Source of the DNA: Candidatus Paceibacter sp.
GTDB lineage: Bacteria; Patescibacteriota; Patescibacteriia; S139-126
Assembly: GCA_020724865.1 (NCBI GenBank)
Contig: DYGA01000005.1
Coordinates: 4,094-68,093 of the forward strand
Length of the DNA: 64,000 bases
Reading direction: 5' to 3'
Shown here: piece after piece, positions 1-10,657 of the stretch
Layout: every line of letters begins with the position of its first letter
How positions within the stretch are numbered: the first letter of the stretch is position 1
Made by a program: the position numbers and the translations under genes
Notes under the pieces: generated by a model
What the model was told of the DNA's origin: nothing
Seen by the model: the letters and a program-made list of their open reading frames with translations, nothing else
Database searches by the model: none

Positions 1-1
1 T

Positions 2-1099
2 TTGAATGTTCTTGGTGCTAAGGGCTTTGCAGCTCAATCAAAAACCGTTGATCAAATTGATAATGCTCCTGAAGAAAAAGAGCGAGGTATTACTATTGCC
101 ACAGCTCATGTTGAATATCAGAGCGAAAAAAGACATTATGCGCACGTTGATTGTCCCGGACACGCAGATTATGTAAAAAACATGATTACCGGAGCCGCTC
201 AAATGGATGGTGCAATTTTGGTGGTAGCAGCTACTGATGGTCCCATGCCCCAAACCAGAGAACATATTTTATTGGCAAAACAAGTTGGTGTTCCTTACAT
301 AGTTGTATTTTTAAATAAAATTGATCAGGTTGACGATCCTGAGTTAGTTGATTTGGTTGAAGAGGAAGTTAGAGATTTATTGAAAAAATATGAATTTCCC
401 GGTGACAAAACTCCAATTATCAGAGGTAGTGCTTTGAAAGCTTTGGAAAATCCCAATGACGAGGCTGCTGCTAAGCCAATTATGGATTTAGTTAAAGCTT
501 TGGATGAATATATTCCAACACCAGTCAGAGAAATTGATAAGCCATTTTTAATGCCAATTGAAGATATTTTCTCTATTGAAGGTCGCGGCACCGTGGTCAC
601 TGGCAGAATTGAACGTGGTGTTATAAAAGTAAATGAAGAGGTTGAAATTGTTGGTTTAAGGGAAACTCAAAAAACTACTGTCACTGGAGTGGAAATGTTT
701 AATAAAACTTTAGACCAAGGCCAAGCTGGAGACAATGCAGGTATTTTGCTTCGTGGTGTTAAAAAAGAAGATGTGGAAAGAGGTCAAGTTTTATGTAAAC
801 CCGGTTCAATTACTCCTCATACCGAATTTGAGGCAGAAGTTTATATTCTTTCTAAAGAAGAAGGTGGTAGACATACTCCATTCTTCAAAGGTTATAAACC
901 ACAATTTTATATTCGAACTACAGACGTAACTGGTGAAGTAACCTTACCAGAAGGCACAGAAATGGTTATGCCTGGTGATACAGTCAATTTAAAGATTACT
1001 TTGATTTCCCCAGTCGCTATGGAAGAAAAAATGCGTTTTGCTATTCGTGAAGGTGGTAGAACTGTCGGTGCTGGAGCAGTAACTAAAATAATTAAATAA
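2..1099 (+). CDS. tuf: Elongation factor Tu, 5'-truncated by the window edge
   Basis: The translation carries the GHVDHGKT-region remnants and canonical EF-Tu domains 1-3 ([17 protein letters not shown]). About 30 N-terminal residues are missing. It ends at TAA 1097-1099. Confidence 0.95.
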   Translation: MNVLGAKGFAAQSKTVDQIDNAPEEKERGITIATAHVEYQSEKRHYAHVDCPGHADYVKNMITGAAQMDGAILVVAATDGPMPQTREHILLAKQVGVPYIVVFLNKIDQVDDPELVDLVEEEVRDLLKKYEFPGDKTPIIRGSALKALENPNDEAAAKPIMDLVKALDEYIPTPVREIDKPFLMPIEDIFSIEGRGTVVTGRIERGVIKVNEEVEIVGLRETQKTTVTGVEMFNKTLDQGQAGDNAGILLRGVKKEDVERGQVLCKPGSITPHTEFEAEVYILSKEEGGRHTPFFKGYKPQFYIRTTDVTGEVTLPEGTEMVMPGDTVNLKITLISPVAMEEKMRFAIREGGRTVGAGAVTKIIK

Positions 1100-1112
1100 T
1101 TGATTACACTGA

Positions 1113-1140
1113 TTCCCGCCAAATATTTTGGCGGGATTAA
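1113..1140 (+). terminator. Stem-loop after tuf, a possible weak terminator or attenuator
   Basis: Inverted repeat atcccgccaaa/tttggcgggat with a 3-nt loop. The U-tract is poor. Confidence 0.35.
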
Positions 1141-1174
1141 CGTGGAATTAATAATAAGAGAATAGTTAAAAAGT

Positions 1175-1528
1175 ATGACAGAACAAAAAATTAAGAAAGC
1201 TGCAATCGCGAGTGAGGAAGAAGTTAAACCGCGGATACGGATTAAGATCAAAGCCTATGATCATAAAATCATTGACCAGGCAGCAAAAAAGATCATTGAA
1301 ACAGCAGAAAGAAATGGTTCTAGTGTAGTTGGTCCAGTCCCCCTACCTACAGCCAAGAAAAAGTTTACAGTATTAAATTCCACTTTTGTTCATAAAGATT
1401 CCCGTGATCAATATGAAATGCGTATTCATAAACGTTTGATTGATATTAGTCAACCAAATGCCAAAACCGTAGAGGCGCTTTCTAGTTTAAATTTGCCAGC
1501 GGGAGTGGATATTGAAATAAAAATGTAA
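1175..1528 (+). CDS. rpsJ: 30S ribosomal protein S10
   Basis: An [15 protein letters not shown]...GPVPLPT core typical of S10, with a short N-terminal extension. Confidence 0.95.
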   Translation: MTEQKIKKAAIASEEEVKPRIRIKIKAYDHKIIDQAAKKIIETAERNGSSVVGPVPLPTAKKKFTVLNSTFVHKDSRDQYEMRIHKRLIDISQPNAKTVEALSSLNLPAGVDIEIKM

Positions 1529-1739
1529 CACTGTAATCTGATAAAGGTCCAATTAAGGAAACCTATCAGAATATAGTTAGTTATATATTAAGGAAAGGAT
1601 TAACATTTTAGAAAAATTTGAGAACAATTAAGATTTGTTTCTCAAAACCGATTCCGCGTTTGATTCTTATTTTATATTAATTTTAATTTTAAGGATTAGA
1701 CGTGGGAGCGGTTTTTACTTATCCCACAATTTTATTCGT

Positions 1740-2564
1740 ATGGAAAACAAAAAAGACAAATTTATATTAGGGATTAAGCGTGGTATGACCCAGCTATTTT
1801 TAGATAATGGTGAAGCGGTGCCAGTTACCATAGTGGAAGCAGGCCCTTGTCAGATTGCACAAGTTAAGACCAAAGTTAATGATGGTTATCAAGCTGTACA
1901 GTTGAGTTATGGCAAAAAACAAAAATTATCTAAACCATTACAGGGTCATTTAAAAGGGTTATTATACAATCGTTATTTGGCAGAATTTATAGTTTCTGAT
2001 GAGGAACTACTCAATAAATGTAAACGTGGCTTAGAAATTAGAGTAGATAGTTTTAAGGAAGGTGATTTGGTGAAAGTTGTTGGCATTAGTAAAGGTAAAG
2101 GTTTTCAAGGGGTGGTAAAACGACACAAATTTCATGGTAGTCCGGCATCACACGGTCATAAAGATCAGTTACGTATGCCCGGTTCGATCGGCGCAGGCGG
2201 TGTGCAGCATGTATTTAAAGGAACAAAAATGGGTGGCCGCATGGGTCATGATCAGGTTACTGTAACAAATTTACAAATTGTAAAAATTGATGAAGCCAAT
2301 AATTTATTTTATATCAAAGGTGCTTTGCCCGGTATTCGCGGTGGTATGTTAAAAATTTCCGGACAGGGTGATTTGATTTTACATGAGCCAGTAGCTGCCA
2401 AGGAAAAAGTTGAAGAAAATAAAAATAGTTCAGCCCCAGAATTAGAAGATAATAATAATAAAAATACTGAAGCAGCAAATGACAATACCACAGCCAATCA
2501 AGTTACTGAATCAGCAAAAACTGTTGTAGAAAACAAAATTTATGATCAAGGCAAAAGTTTATAA
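1740..2564 (+). CDS. rplC: 50S ribosomal protein L3 with a low-complexity C-terminal extension
   Basis: The L3 signature KRGMTQLF...GKGFQGVVKRH is present. ATG at 1740 is in frame with the ORF-track entry at 1635. About 55 extra Asn/Glu/Thr-rich residues at the C-terminus overlap the rplD start. Confidence 0.9.
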   Translation: MENKKDKFILGIKRGMTQLFLDNGEAVPVTIVEAGPCQIAQVKTKVNDGYQAVQLSYGKKQKLSKPLQGHLKGLLYNRYLAEFIVSDEELLNKCKRGLEIRVDSFKEGDLVKVVGISKGKGFQGVVKRHKFHGSPASHGHKDQLRMPGSIGAGGVQHVFKGTKMGGRMGHDQVTVTNLQIVKIDEANNLFYIKGALPGIRGGMLKISGQGDLILHEPVAAKEKVEENKNSSAPELEDNNNKNTEAANDNTTANQVTESAKTVVENKIYDQGKSL

Positions 2565-3180
2565 TCAATCAGGCCAAGAGATTAAAGATGTTACTTTAGA
2601 TAAAAGTGTTTTTGATGTGAATATAAAACCAGCCTTAGTGGCAGAGGTAGCAGTTGCAATGTTAGCTAATCAAAGAAAGCCTTATGCTCATACAAAAGGT
2701 AGAAGCGATGTTAGGGGAGGCGGTAGAAAACCATGGAAACAAAAAGGAACTGGCAGAGCAAGACATGGGTCAATTAGATCACCTTTATGGATTGGCGGTG
2801 GAGTTACTTTCGGGCCTTCCAAAGAAAAAAATTTTACTAAAAAAATTAATAAAAAAGTAAAAATAAATGCCCTACGTATGGTTTTAACTGATCGGGCAAG
2901 GCAAAATAATATAATAATTTTTGATGATATTAAATTTAATGAAATTAAAACCAAAGCTGTGGCAGATTGGTTAAAAATAAAACCATTAGTTGATAAAAAG
3001 ATTCTTATTGTCTTAAATCGTTATGATAAAAATATTGAACGTTCAGCTAGAAATATACCCAAAGTAAAAGTGGTTCCATTGTCTTCGTTGAATTTGTTAG
3101 AATTATTGGAATATCCTCACTTAGTTTTAACAGAAAGTGTTTTGGATAATTTAGTAAGAAAATATAAAGCAGCTATATGA
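2542..3180 (+). CDS. rplD: 50S ribosomal protein L4
   Basis: L4/L1e family translation (GGGRKPWKQKGTGRAR). It ends with TGA overlapping the rplW ATG. Confidence 0.93.
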   Translation: MIKAKVYNQSGQEIKDVTLDKSVFDVNIKPALVAEVAVAMLANQRKPYAHTKGRSDVRGGGRKPWKQKGTGRARHGSIRSPLWIGGGVTFGPSKEKNFTKKINKKVKINALRMVLTDRARQNNIIIFDDIKFNEIKTKAVADWLKIKPLVDKKILIVLNRYDKNIERSARNIPKVKVVPLSSLNLLELLEYPHLVLTESVLDNLVRKYKAAI

Positions 3181-3599
3181 GTTTAAAAGATTTATTTGCA
3201 AAACAAAATCAAGCTAAACAGTCTAAAGCAAAAACTGTTGTTTCAGCTAAGGCCAAAACGGAAGAAAAGAAAGCAGCAGCCGCAAAAGAGGTTTCAGCAG
3301 CAAAAAGTAGTGCTATTTTTTCTCATCGAGTACTATTGAAACCATTGGTAACAGAAAAAGGCGCTAAACAAACTGAACAAAATAAATATTTTTTTATGGT
3401 AGCTGATAAGGCCAATAAAGTAATGATTAAACAAGCCATTGCTGAAACTTATGGTGTCTGGCCTTTGTCGGTTAATGTTGTAAAAATGAAAGGTAAAAAA
3501 GTAAGATTTGGTCGTCGTGAAGGTGTTCGTAAAGATTGGAAAAAAGCGATTATTACTTTACCCCAAGGTAAGACCATTGATGTTTATAAAGGAGTATAA
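3177..3599 (+). CDS. rplW: 50S ribosomal protein L23 with a ~45-aa Lys/Ala-rich N-terminal extension
   Basis: The C-terminal 95 aa match L23 ([11 protein letters not shown]...). The N-terminal portion is low-complexity KA-rich. Confidence 0.9.
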   Translation: MSLKDLFAKQNQAKQSKAKTVVSAKAKTEEKKAAAAKEVSAAKSSAIFSHRVLLKPLVTEKGAKQTEQNKYFFMVADKANKVMIKQAIAETYGVWPLSVNVVKMKGKKVRFGRREGVRKDWKKAIITLPQGKTIDVYKGV

Positions 3600-3601
3600 A
3601 T

Positions 3602-4435
3602 ATGGCAATTGTTAAATACAAACCAACTTCACCCGGTCGCAGGTTATCATCAGTCAATAAGCAATCTTTAGCTAAGGCTGATATAAAAAAATTGCGCAAT
3701 AAAAAAATTAGAAGTACTGGGCGCAATAATCAAGGAAAAATTACTGTTCGACATCGTGGCGGAGGAGTTAAACAGCATTATCGTCAGGTTGATTTTAAAA
3801 GAGAAAAGTTTGACGTACCCGCAAAAGTTATTGAATTGTGTTACGATCCCAATCGTAGTGCCAATTTGGCTTTATTACAATATGCTGACGGTGAGAAGCG
3901 TTATATAATTGCACCCGAAGGTTTACAAGTTGGCCAAAAAGTATATTCTAGTCAAAAAGGGTTGGAAATAAAAGTTGGTAACAATATGCCTTTGAAGTTT
4001 ATTCCTGATGGTCAAGAAATAAATAATGTTGAATTATATGTCGGCGGCGGGGCTAAATTAGGGCGTTCGGCTGGTAATATAATCGTTTTGATGGCCAAAG
4101 AAAATGGTTTTGCTCAGTTGAAAATGCCATCAGGAGAAATTCGTTTAGTGTCTGAAGATTGTCGAGCGACGATTGGAGCAGTAAGTAACACTGAACACAG
4201 AAATGTTCGTTGGGGTAAAGCTGGTAGAATGCGTTATCGTAATATTAGGCCAACAGTTAGAGGTAAAGCTATGAATCCAGTTGATCATCCTCATGGCGGT
4301 GGTGAAGGCAATCAGCCAATTGGTTTAAAACATCCTAAAACTCCATGGGGTAAACCAGCTTTGGGTGTAAAAACTAGAAAGCAAAAAAATAGTGATCGTT
4401 TAATTATTAAACGAAGAGCAGTTAAGAAAAACTAA
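3602..4435 (+). CDS. rplB: 50S ribosomal protein L2
   Basis: L2 signature ([35 protein letters not shown]). Confidence 0.96.
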   Translation: MAIVKYKPTSPGRRLSSVNKQSLAKADIKKLRNKKIRSTGRNNQGKITVRHRGGGVKQHYRQVDFKREKFDVPAKVIELCYDPNRSANLALLQYADGEKRYIIAPEGLQVGQKVYSSQKGLEIKVGNNMPLKFIPDGQEINNVELYVGGGAKLGRSAGNIIVLMAKENGFAQLKMPSGEIRLVSEDCRATIGAVSNTEHRNVRWGKAGRMRYRNIRPTVRGKAMNPVDHPHGGGEGNQPIGLKHPKTPWGKPALGVKTRKQKNSDRLIIKRRAVKKN

Positions 4436-4443
4436 TAAAATAT

Positions 4444-4743
4444 ATGAGTAGAAGTTTAAAAAAAGGGCCATTTATTGATGAAAAATTATTAAAAAAACTG
4501 GCCAAAGCTAAGCAAAGCGGTGATAAAAAACCAATTAAAACCTGGTCACGGGATTCAATGATTGTGCCAGAAATGGTTGGTTTTAATTTTGCCGTTCATA
4601 ATGGCAAAACTCATGTACCAGTGTATGTGGTCGAAAATATGGTTGGTCATAAGTTAGGTGAATTTGCACCAACTAGAAAATTTTATAAACACGGTGGTAG
4701 AATGCAAAAAGAACAAGAAAAAGCCGCCGCCGAAAATAAATAA
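4444..4743 (+). CDS. rpsS: 30S ribosomal protein S19
   Basis: SRSLKKGPF...HNGKTHVPV signature. Confidence 0.95.
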   Translation: MSRSLKKGPFIDEKLLKKLAKAKQSGDKKPIKTWSRDSMIVPEMVGFNFAVHNGKTHVPVYVVENMVGHKLGEFAPTRKFYKHGGRMQKEQEKAAAENK

Positions 4744-4749
4744 TTTATT

Positions 4750-5292
4750 ATGGATAAACAAACAGTCAAAGCAGTATTAAGATATGCCCGTCTGTCTCCG
4801 CGTAAAGCCAGAATGATGGTTGATTTAGTGCGAGGTAAAAAAGTTACGGTGGCAGAAGCTCAGTTGAAATGGCAGATTGGAAAAGTTAGTCCGGTATTGT
4901 TAAAGTTGTTAAATAGTGCCGTAGCTAATGCTATTCATAATTTTAAATTAAACAAAGAAGATTTGATTATTAAATCCTTTACAGTTGATAGTGGTCCAGT
5001 TTTAAAAAGATATACGCCCAAAGCATTTGGCCGTGCAACACCTATTAGAAAACCAACCAGTCATATTACTATTGTTTTGGAAAGTACCAATAAGTCAGTG
5101 AAAAAGAATAATAAAGAAGAAACTAAATCTGAAAAAACTGACGAAAAAAAAGTAGCGGGAGATGAAAAAAAAGTTTTGCCAAATACAAATAAGCAAATGG
5201 GAAAAAATGAAAAACTAGATCAGTCAGTAAATCGAGGTAAAAAGTTGCCAGCCAATAAACCAATTTCTAAAACAACTAAGCAAAAAGTATAA
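4750..5292 (+). CDS. rplV: 50S ribosomal protein L22 with a ~70-aa Lys-rich C-terminal extension
   Basis: The N-terminal 110 aa match L22 (AVLRYARLSPRKARMMVDLVRG). The tail is K/E/T-rich. Confidence 0.9.
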   Translation: MDKQTVKAVLRYARLSPRKARMMVDLVRGKKVTVAEAQLKWQIGKVSPVLLKLLNSAVANAIHNFKLNKEDLIIKSFTVDSGPVLKRYTPKAFGRATPIRKPTSHITIVLESTNKSVKKNNKEETKSEKTDEKKVAGDEKKVLPNTNKQMGKNEKLDQSVNRGKKLPANKPISKTTKQKV

Positions 5293-5300
5293 TTAAATTT

Positions 5301-5963
5301 ATGGGACAGAAAGTAAATCCAAAAATATTTCGTACTAATATCATTTTTACTTGGTCATCTAAGTGGTTTAGTCAGAATAACTATGCTGAAAATTTGCAGC
5401 AGGATATTAAATTGCGAAAATTTTTACGTAATAAATTAAAAGATGCCGGGTTAGCTAAAGTTGAAATTGAGCGTTCGGTTGGTAAACTGGATATAAATTT
5501 GCATACTGCTAAACCAGGGTTAATTATTGGTAAGGGCGGCAAAGCGGTAGAAGATTTAAAAAAAGAATTGCAACGTAAAATAATTCATAATCCCAAGTTG
5601 CAAATAAATATAAACATTAAAGAAGTTGATAAACCAAATTTGTCTGCTGAGATTATGGTCCAACAAATGGCTCAAGAGATAGAAAAACGTGTACCTTTCA
5701 GAAGAGTAATGAAAAGAACTATTGATATGATTTTAAAAGCTGGAGCTAAAGGTGCAAAAGTTCAGGTGGCAGGTAGATTGAATGGAGCAGAAATTGCTCG
5801 TACCGAAACATTATCAGAAGGTAAGATTCCTTTGCATACGATGCGTGCCAATATTGATTACTCTCGAGGCGTTGCTATCACAACTTATGGTACCATTGGT
5901 ATAAAGGTATGGATTTATACGGGAGAAATATTTAAGACTAAAGAGCAAGAAATAAATAACTAA
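5301..5963 (+). CDS. rpsC: 30S ribosomal protein S3
   Basis: [11 protein letters not shown] start, KH domain and [12 protein letters not shown] motif. Confidence 0.96.
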   Translation: MGQKVNPKIFRTNIIFTWSSKWFSQNNYAENLQQDIKLRKFLRNKLKDAGLAKVEIERSVGKLDINLHTAKPGLIIGKGGKAVEDLKKELQRKIIHNPKLQININIKEVDKPNLSAEIMVQQMAQEIEKRVPFRRVMKRTIDMILKAGAKGAKVQVAGRLNGAEIARTETLSEGKIPLHTMRANIDYSRGVAITTYGTIGIKVWIYTGEIFKTKEQEINN

Positions 5964-5967
5964 TAAT

Positions 5968-6384
5968 ATGTTAGCACCAAAGAAAGTAAAACATAGAAAA
6001 TGGCAACGCGGTCGCATACGTGGTAATGCAACCAGTGGTGATCGTTTACATTTTGGGAGTTTTGGTTTAAAATCTCAGGAACCAAGATGGGTTAGTTCTA
6101 GACAAATTGAAGCTGCGCGTAGAGCCATGACAAGATTTGTGCAGCGTGGAGCTAAGATTTGGATAAGAATTTTTCCTGATAAACCAGTAACCAGTAAAGG
6201 TAATGAAATTCCGATGGGTAAAGGAAAAGGAGCTCCTGATCATTTTGTTGCGGTAGTAAAACCAGGTACCATGATTTTTGAAATGGAAGGTGTTGATGAG
6301 AAAACTGCTCGTGAAGCTATGAGATTGGCAGCTCACAAGTTGCCTTGCAAAACTAAATTTGTAAGCAAAATGTATAAGTTATGA
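5968..6384 (+). CDS. rplP: 50S ribosomal protein L16
   Basis: [16 protein letters not shown] start and L16 core. Confidence 0.95.
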   Translation: MLAPKKVKHRKWQRGRIRGNATSGDRLHFGSFGLKSQEPRWVSSRQIEAARRAMTRFVQRGAKIWIRIFPDKPVTSKGNEIPMGKGKGAPDHFVAVVKPGTMIFEMEGVDEKTAREAMRLAAHKLPCKTKFVSKMYKL

Positions 6385-6614
6385 ATTTTAAAGATTTAAA
6401 AAATAAAAGTTTAGGTGAATTGCAAAAGTTGTTAGCCGAAGAACGCGCCCGTCTGCGTGATTTGCGATTTCAAGTTGCGGCCGAACAACATAAACAAGTG
6501 CATGAATTAGGTCAAAGCAGAAAGACAATTGCCAGAATTTTAACTTTATTAAAGCAGGCAAATAATAAAGCAGGAGAAAGTAATTTGTCAGAAAAAACAG
6601 ATAATAAACAATAA
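6381..6614 (+). CDS. rpmC: 50S ribosomal protein L29
   Basis: Short helical protein with the L29 pattern ([26 protein letters not shown]). Position in the operon also fits. Confidence 0.9.
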   Translation: MNFKDLKNKSLGELQKLLAEERARLRDLRFQVAAEQHKQVHELGQSRKTIARILTLLKQANNKAGESNLSEKTDNKQ

Positions 6615-6640
6615 TTTTTTATAATATTAAATATTTATAT

Positions 6641-6916
6641 ATGACAGCTGAAAATAAAAAGACCAAGAACAGAATTGCCCGTAGTTTTGTTGGTACGGTA
6701 GTTTCTGATGCAATGGATAAAACAGTTGTTGTTAAAGTTACCCAAGTTAAAATTCATCCCAAGTATCGTAAGCGTTTTCAGGTGGCGAAAAAATATCACG
6801 CTCATGATGCTAAAAATGAATATAAAATTGGTGACGAGGTTATGATTAGAGAAGTCAGACCAATTTCCAAAACAAAAAAATGGCTAGTTATAAGTAAAAT
6901 AAATAAAAAAGTATGA
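6641..6916 (+). CDS. rpsQ: 30S ribosomal protein S17
   Basis: [16 protein letters not shown]...KYRKRF S17 OB-fold signature. Confidence 0.94.
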   Translation: MTAENKKTKNRIARSFVGTVVSDAMDKTVVVKVTQVKIHPKYRKRFQVAKKYHAHDAKNEYKIGDEVMIREVRPISKTKKWLVISKINKKV

Positions 6917-7284
6917 TTCAAGTAGGTACAAGATTAAAAGTAGCTGATAATTCTGGCGCTAAAGAAGTTCAATGTATTAGAATATTAGGAGCTTCTTATC
7001 GTCGTTATGCAGGTATTGGTGATTTGATTATTGTGGCTACAAAAAATGCTCAACCGCATTCCCAAGTAAAAAAGGGTGATGTTTTAACCGCGGTTATTGT
7101 AAGAACTAAGCAGAATATTAAAAGAAAAGACGGTTCAGCTTTACGTTTTGATGAAAATGCCGTAGTAATTATTGATAAAAAATCAAAAGAACCAAAAGCT
7201 TCACGTATTTTCGGACCAGTTGCTAGGGAATTACGTAATAAAGGTTTTATGAAAATAATATCATTAGCCCCTGAAGTCTTATAA
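6913..7284 (+). CDS. rplN: 50S ribosomal protein L14
   Basis: [18 protein letters not shown] signature. Confidence 0.96.
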   Translation: MIQVGTRLKVADNSGAKEVQCIRILGASYRRYAGIGDLIIVATKNAQPHSQVKKGDVLTAVIVRTKQNIKRKDGSALRFDENAVVIIDKKSKEPKASRIFGPVARELRNKGFMKIISLAPEVL

Positions 7285-7288
7285 TTAT

Positions 7289-7597
7289 ATGCAATTAAAA
7301 AAGAACGACACAGTTAAAGTAATCGCCGGTAAAGATAAAGGTAAACAAGGTAAAATTACCCAAGTTTTTCCGATGGAAAAAAAAGTTGTAGTGGAAGGTG
7401 TTAATGTTTATAAAAAACATCTTCGTCCGCGTAAACAGGGAGAAGGTGGACAAGTTATAGAATTTTTTGCCCCTTTGAATATGAATAAAGTTCAGTTAAT
7501 TTGTCCTAAATGTGGCAAACTAACAAGAATTGGTAAGCAGCTAACTTCTGATGGTAAAAAAATTAGGATTTGTAAAAAATGTAAAGCTACTATTTAA
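7289..7597 (+). CDS. rplX: 50S ribosomal protein L24, zinc-ribbon (C+) form
   Basis: KOW motif (VKVIAGKDKGKQGKI) followed by a C-terminal CPKCG...CKKC zinc ribbon, as in Thermus-type L24. Confidence 0.92.
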   Translation: MQLKKNDTVKVIAGKDKGKQGKITQVFPMEKKVVVEGVNVYKKHLRPRKQGEGGQVIEFFAPLNMNKVQLICPKCGKLTRIGKQLTSDGKKIRICKKCKATI

Positions 7598-7599
7598 AT

Positions 7600-8142
7600 A
7601 TGAATAAGTTACAACAAGAATTTAATAAAAAAATTAGACCAACTTTATTTAAAGAGTTAGGTTTAAAAAGTATTATGGCAGTGCCTCGTTTAGAAAAAGT
7701 GGTAATAAATGTTGGTGTTGGTAAAGGTTTAAAAGATGAAAAGTATATAGAAGCGGTTGAATCGACCTTAGTACGTATTACTGGACAAAAACCAATTCGC
7801 ACTAAAGCCAAAAAATCTATCGCAGCTTTCAAGATTAGAGAAGGTAATACCGTTGGTTTGAAAGTAACTTTACGGGGACAACGTATGTATGATTTTATTG
7901 AAAAATTAATTAATGTTAGTTTGCCCAGAGTTAGAGATTTTCAGGGATTAAAGGTCAATAGTTTTGATGGTCATGGCAATTATACCTTAGGAATTAAGGA
8001 ACATATAATTTTTCCGGAAATAAAAGCTGACGAGGTAGAAAATTTACATGGTTTAGAAATTGTCATTGTTACTACGACCAATAGTGATGAACTGGCTAAA
8101 AAATTATTGTTGGCTTTAAAATTTCCATTTAGTAAAAAATAA
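7600..8142 (+). CDS. rplE: 50S ribosomal protein L5
   Basis: L5 signature ([13 protein letters not shown]...GLEIVIVTT). Confidence 0.95.
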   Translation: MNKLQQEFNKKIRPTLFKELGLKSIMAVPRLEKVVINVGVGKGLKDEKYIEAVESTLVRITGQKPIRTKAKKSIAAFKIREGNTVGLKVTLRGQRMYDFIEKLINVSLPRVRDFQGLKVNSFDGHGNYTLGIKEHIIFPEIKADEVENLHGLEIVIVTTTNSDELAKKLLLALKFPFSKK

Positions 8143-8146
8143 ATTT

Positions 8147-8341
8147 ATGGCTACCAAAGCACAAATTGCAAAATCAAATAGATCAGTTATTAAACCGAAA
8201 TTTTCCACTCGAGTGGTTAGACGTTGTTGGCGTTGCGGTCGAAAACGCTCTTATATGCGTGATTTTAAAATTTGTCGGATTTGTTTTAGAGAATTGGCGG
8301 CCAAAGGTGATTTGCCAGGAATAACCAAAAGTAGTTGGTAA
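8147..8341 (+). CDS. rpsZ: 30S ribosomal protein S14, type Z, zinc-binding
   Basis: A 64-aa protein with CWRCG...CRIC, the short Zn-ribbon S14 form. Confidence 0.93.
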   Translation: MATKAQIAKSNRSVIKPKFSTRVVRRCWRCGRKRSYMRDFKICRICFRELAAKGDLPGITKSSW

Positions 8342-8378
8342 TTATTATTAAAAAAGTATTAATTAAAATAGATTTTAT

Positions 8379-8765
8379 ATGACCGATCCCATAGCAGACA
8401 TGCTTACTAGAATTAGAAACGCCTTGCGCGTTAATAAAAATGAAGTAACTATACCTTACTCTAAGTTAAAAGTGAGAATTGCCGAAATTTTGAAAAACGA
8501 AGGTTATATCAATAGTTATAGTGAGCAATTAGAAAATCGTCAATTAAAGTTGCAATTAAAATATAAACCCAATGGTCAGCCAGTAATTAGATCTTTACGG
8601 CGGATTTCCAAACCAGGTCGGAGGATTTATTGCCAGGTTGATGAATTGCCAAGAGTGTTAAATAATTTAGGTATTGCTATTATTTCTACTCCAGCTGGTT
8701 TAATGACGGCTGCTGAAGCCAGACAAAAAAAAGTTGGTGGAGAGATTATTTGTGAAATATATTAA
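8379..8765 (+). CDS. rpsH: 30S ribosomal protein S8
   Basis: MTDPIADMLTRIRNA start. Confidence 0.95.
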   Translation: MTDPIADMLTRIRNALRVNKNEVTIPYSKLKVRIAEILKNEGYINSYSEQLENRQLKLQLKYKPNGQPVIRSLRRISKPGRRIYCQVDELPRVLNNLGIAIISTPAGLMTAAEARQKKVGGEIICEIY

Positions 8766-8770
8766 TAATT

Positions 8771-9316
8771 ATGAGCAGATTAGCTAAAAAACCAATTATT
8801 ATACCAACCGGAGTAACCTTTACGGAGGCTAATAATTTTTATATTGTTAAAGGTCCTAAAGGTGAAATATCAAAGCCCCGTATTCCGAGGGTAAAAGTTG
8901 ATGTTAAGGATAATAAAATTACTCTTAAAGTCCCTCAAATTGATCGCAGTGACGATCGGGCATTTTTAGGTACCGCCGTACGGGTTATACAAAATATGAT
9001 TATTGGTGTGACCGAAGGTTATACAAAGAAATTAGAAATCAATGGAGTTGGTTATCGGGCAGAGATGAAGGGTAAAAATTTAGTTTTGCAGGTTGGTTTT
9101 TCTCATCCGGTAGAGTTTAAAGAAGTAGCTGGTATTGATATTAAAGTTGAAAAAAATTTAATTACCGTTTCTGGTATTGACAAAGTTTTAGTAGGCCAAG
9201 TTGCTGCCAATATAAGAAAAATTAAAAAACCTGAACCTTATAAAGGTAAAGGCATTAAATATGTTGATGAAGTTATTATTCGTAAGGAAGGTAAACAGGT
9301 TAAAGCTCAAGGTTAA
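8771..9316 (+). CDS. rplF: 50S ribosomal protein L6
   Basis: L6 two-domain pattern (SRLAKKPI..., [25 protein letters not shown]). Confidence 0.94.
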   Translation: MSRLAKKPIIIPTGVTFTEANNFYIVKGPKGEISKPRIPRVKVDVKDNKITLKVPQIDRSDDRAFLGTAVRVIQNMIIGVTEGYTKKLEINGVGYRAEMKGKNLVLQVGFSHPVEFKEVAGIDIKVEKNLITVSGIDKVLVGQVAANIRKIKKPEPYKGKGIKYVDEVIIRKEGKQVKAQG

Positions 9317-9330
9317 AATTAAAAATTTTT

Positions 9331-9669
9331 ATGTTAAAGAAACAATTATTAAGAAAACATAGACACAAACGAGTACGAGCTAAAGTTAAAGGAACAGCTT
9401 TACGGCCAAGATTGGTTGTTTATCGTAGTTTAAAACATATTGAAGCGCAAGTGATAGATGATACTAAAGGTGTAACTTTATTGTCTGGCCGAGATTTAAA
9501 GATGAAAGGAAATAAAATGGTTCGCGCCGAGCAAGTTGGATCAGCGATAGCAAAAGCTTGTTTAGATAAAAAAATTACTAAAGTAGTTTTTGATCGTAAT
9601 GGCTATAAATATCAAGGCAGAGTAAAGGCCTTAGCCGAAGCGGCCCGTAAAGAAGGATTAATTTTTTAA
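9331..9669 (+). CDS. rplR: 50S ribosomal protein L18
   Basis: L18 pattern ([19 protein letters not shown]...[24 protein letters not shown]). Confidence 0.94.
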   Translation: MLKKQLLRKHRHKRVRAKVKGTALRPRLVVYRSLKHIEAQVIDDTKGVTLLSGRDLKMKGNKMVRAEQVGSAIAKACLDKKITKVVFDRNGYKYQGRVKALAEAARKEGLIF

Positions 9670-9673
9670 TTTT

Positions 9674-10186
9674 ATGGTAAAGAAAACTGTTTCTCAACAA
9701 AATGATAATTCAATCGAAGTAGTAAAAACTGTTGAAGAATTTGAACAAAAAATTATTGATTTGGCTAGAGTTACTAGAGTAATGGCTGGAGGAAAACGTA
9801 TGCGTTTCCGTGCTTGTGTAGTAATTGGTAATAAAAATGGTCAAATCGGCTATGCTATTGCCAAAGGCGCTGATGTTACCTTAGCAGTTAATAAAGCTGC
9901 AACTAAAGCTAAGAAAAATTTACTGACAGTGGCTAGATATAAAGAAACTATTCCGCACGAAGTAAGATTAAAATATAAAGCCGCTAATATAATTTTAAAA
10001 CCAGCGCCAATCGGCACAGGAATAAAAGCTGGCGGAGCAGTTAGGGATGTTTTAGCCTTGTCTGGTATAGCCAATGTTGTTGCCAAGATAATTGGTTCAA
10101 ATAATAAGATTAATAATGTTAAAGCAACCTTTTTAGCTTTACAGAGTTTACAAACTCAATCAGGTAATAGACAGATAACCGAATAA
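9674..10186 (+). CDS. rpsE: 30S ribosomal protein S5
   Basis: S5 dsRBD plus the GGKRMRFRACVVIGN signature. Confidence 0.95.
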   Translation: MVKKTVSQQNDNSIEVVKTVEEFEQKIIDLARVTRVMAGGKRMRFRACVVIGNKNGQIGYAIAKGADVTLAVNKAATKAKKNLLTVARYKETIPHEVRLKYKAANIILKPAPIGTGIKAGGAVRDVLALSGIANVVAKIIGSNNKINNVKATFLALQSLQTQSGNRQITE

Positions 10187-10190
10187 TTTT

Positions 10191-10652
10191 ATGTTAAGTT
10201 TAAATAATTTAGTCAAAACAAAGAATAAAAAGATTAAAAGATTGGGCAGAGGTAATGCTAGTCGTGGTAATTATTCTGGTCGGGGAATGAAAGGACAAAA
10301 AGCTCGTAGTGGCGTAGGTGGTTTAAAACAAAAAGGTATAAAATCTTGGTTAATGAAAATTCCTAAGAAACGCGGTTTTGTTAGTCCGCAGAAACCAAAA
10401 GAAAATATATCTATTTTAGAATTAGAAAAGCATTTTACTGCGGGCAGCACTGTTACTCCTTTTATTTTGAAAAGCAAAGGTTTGATTAGTAACCCTAAAG
10501 TAGGAGTAAAAATAATTGGCAAGGGTAATTTAAGTAAGAAATTACAAGTTAAAGTTCATGCGGTAAGTGCCAGTGCCAAGCAAGCAATAGAACAAGCCGG
10601 CGGTACCATCGAGTTGATAGTTAAGAAAAAAATTGAAAAAAAGTCTAAATAA
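10191..10652 (+). CDS. rplO: 50S ribosomal protein L15
   Basis: L15 pattern (KRLGRGNASRGNYSGRGMKGQKAR). It immediately follows rpsE with no rpmD between them. Confidence 0.94.
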   Translation: MLSLNNLVKTKNKKIKRLGRGNASRGNYSGRGMKGQKARSGVGGLKQKGIKSWLMKIPKKRGFVSPQKPKENISILELEKHFTAGSTVTPFILKSKGLISNPKVGVKIIGKGNLSKKLQVKVHAVSASAKQAIEQAGGTIELIVKKKIEKKSK

Positions 10653-10657
10653 AAATT

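Noticed and set aside
38-10522. Numerous 60-115-aa minus-strand ORFs inside the ribosomal protein cluster (for example 38-265, 325-600, 907-1251, 2309-2497, 2688-2954, 5814-6017, 6067-6336, 7590-7832, 9850-10086, 10271-10522).
   Set aside because: They lie antisense to, or overlap, strongly supported ribosomal genes and have low-complexity translations. They are frame shadows.
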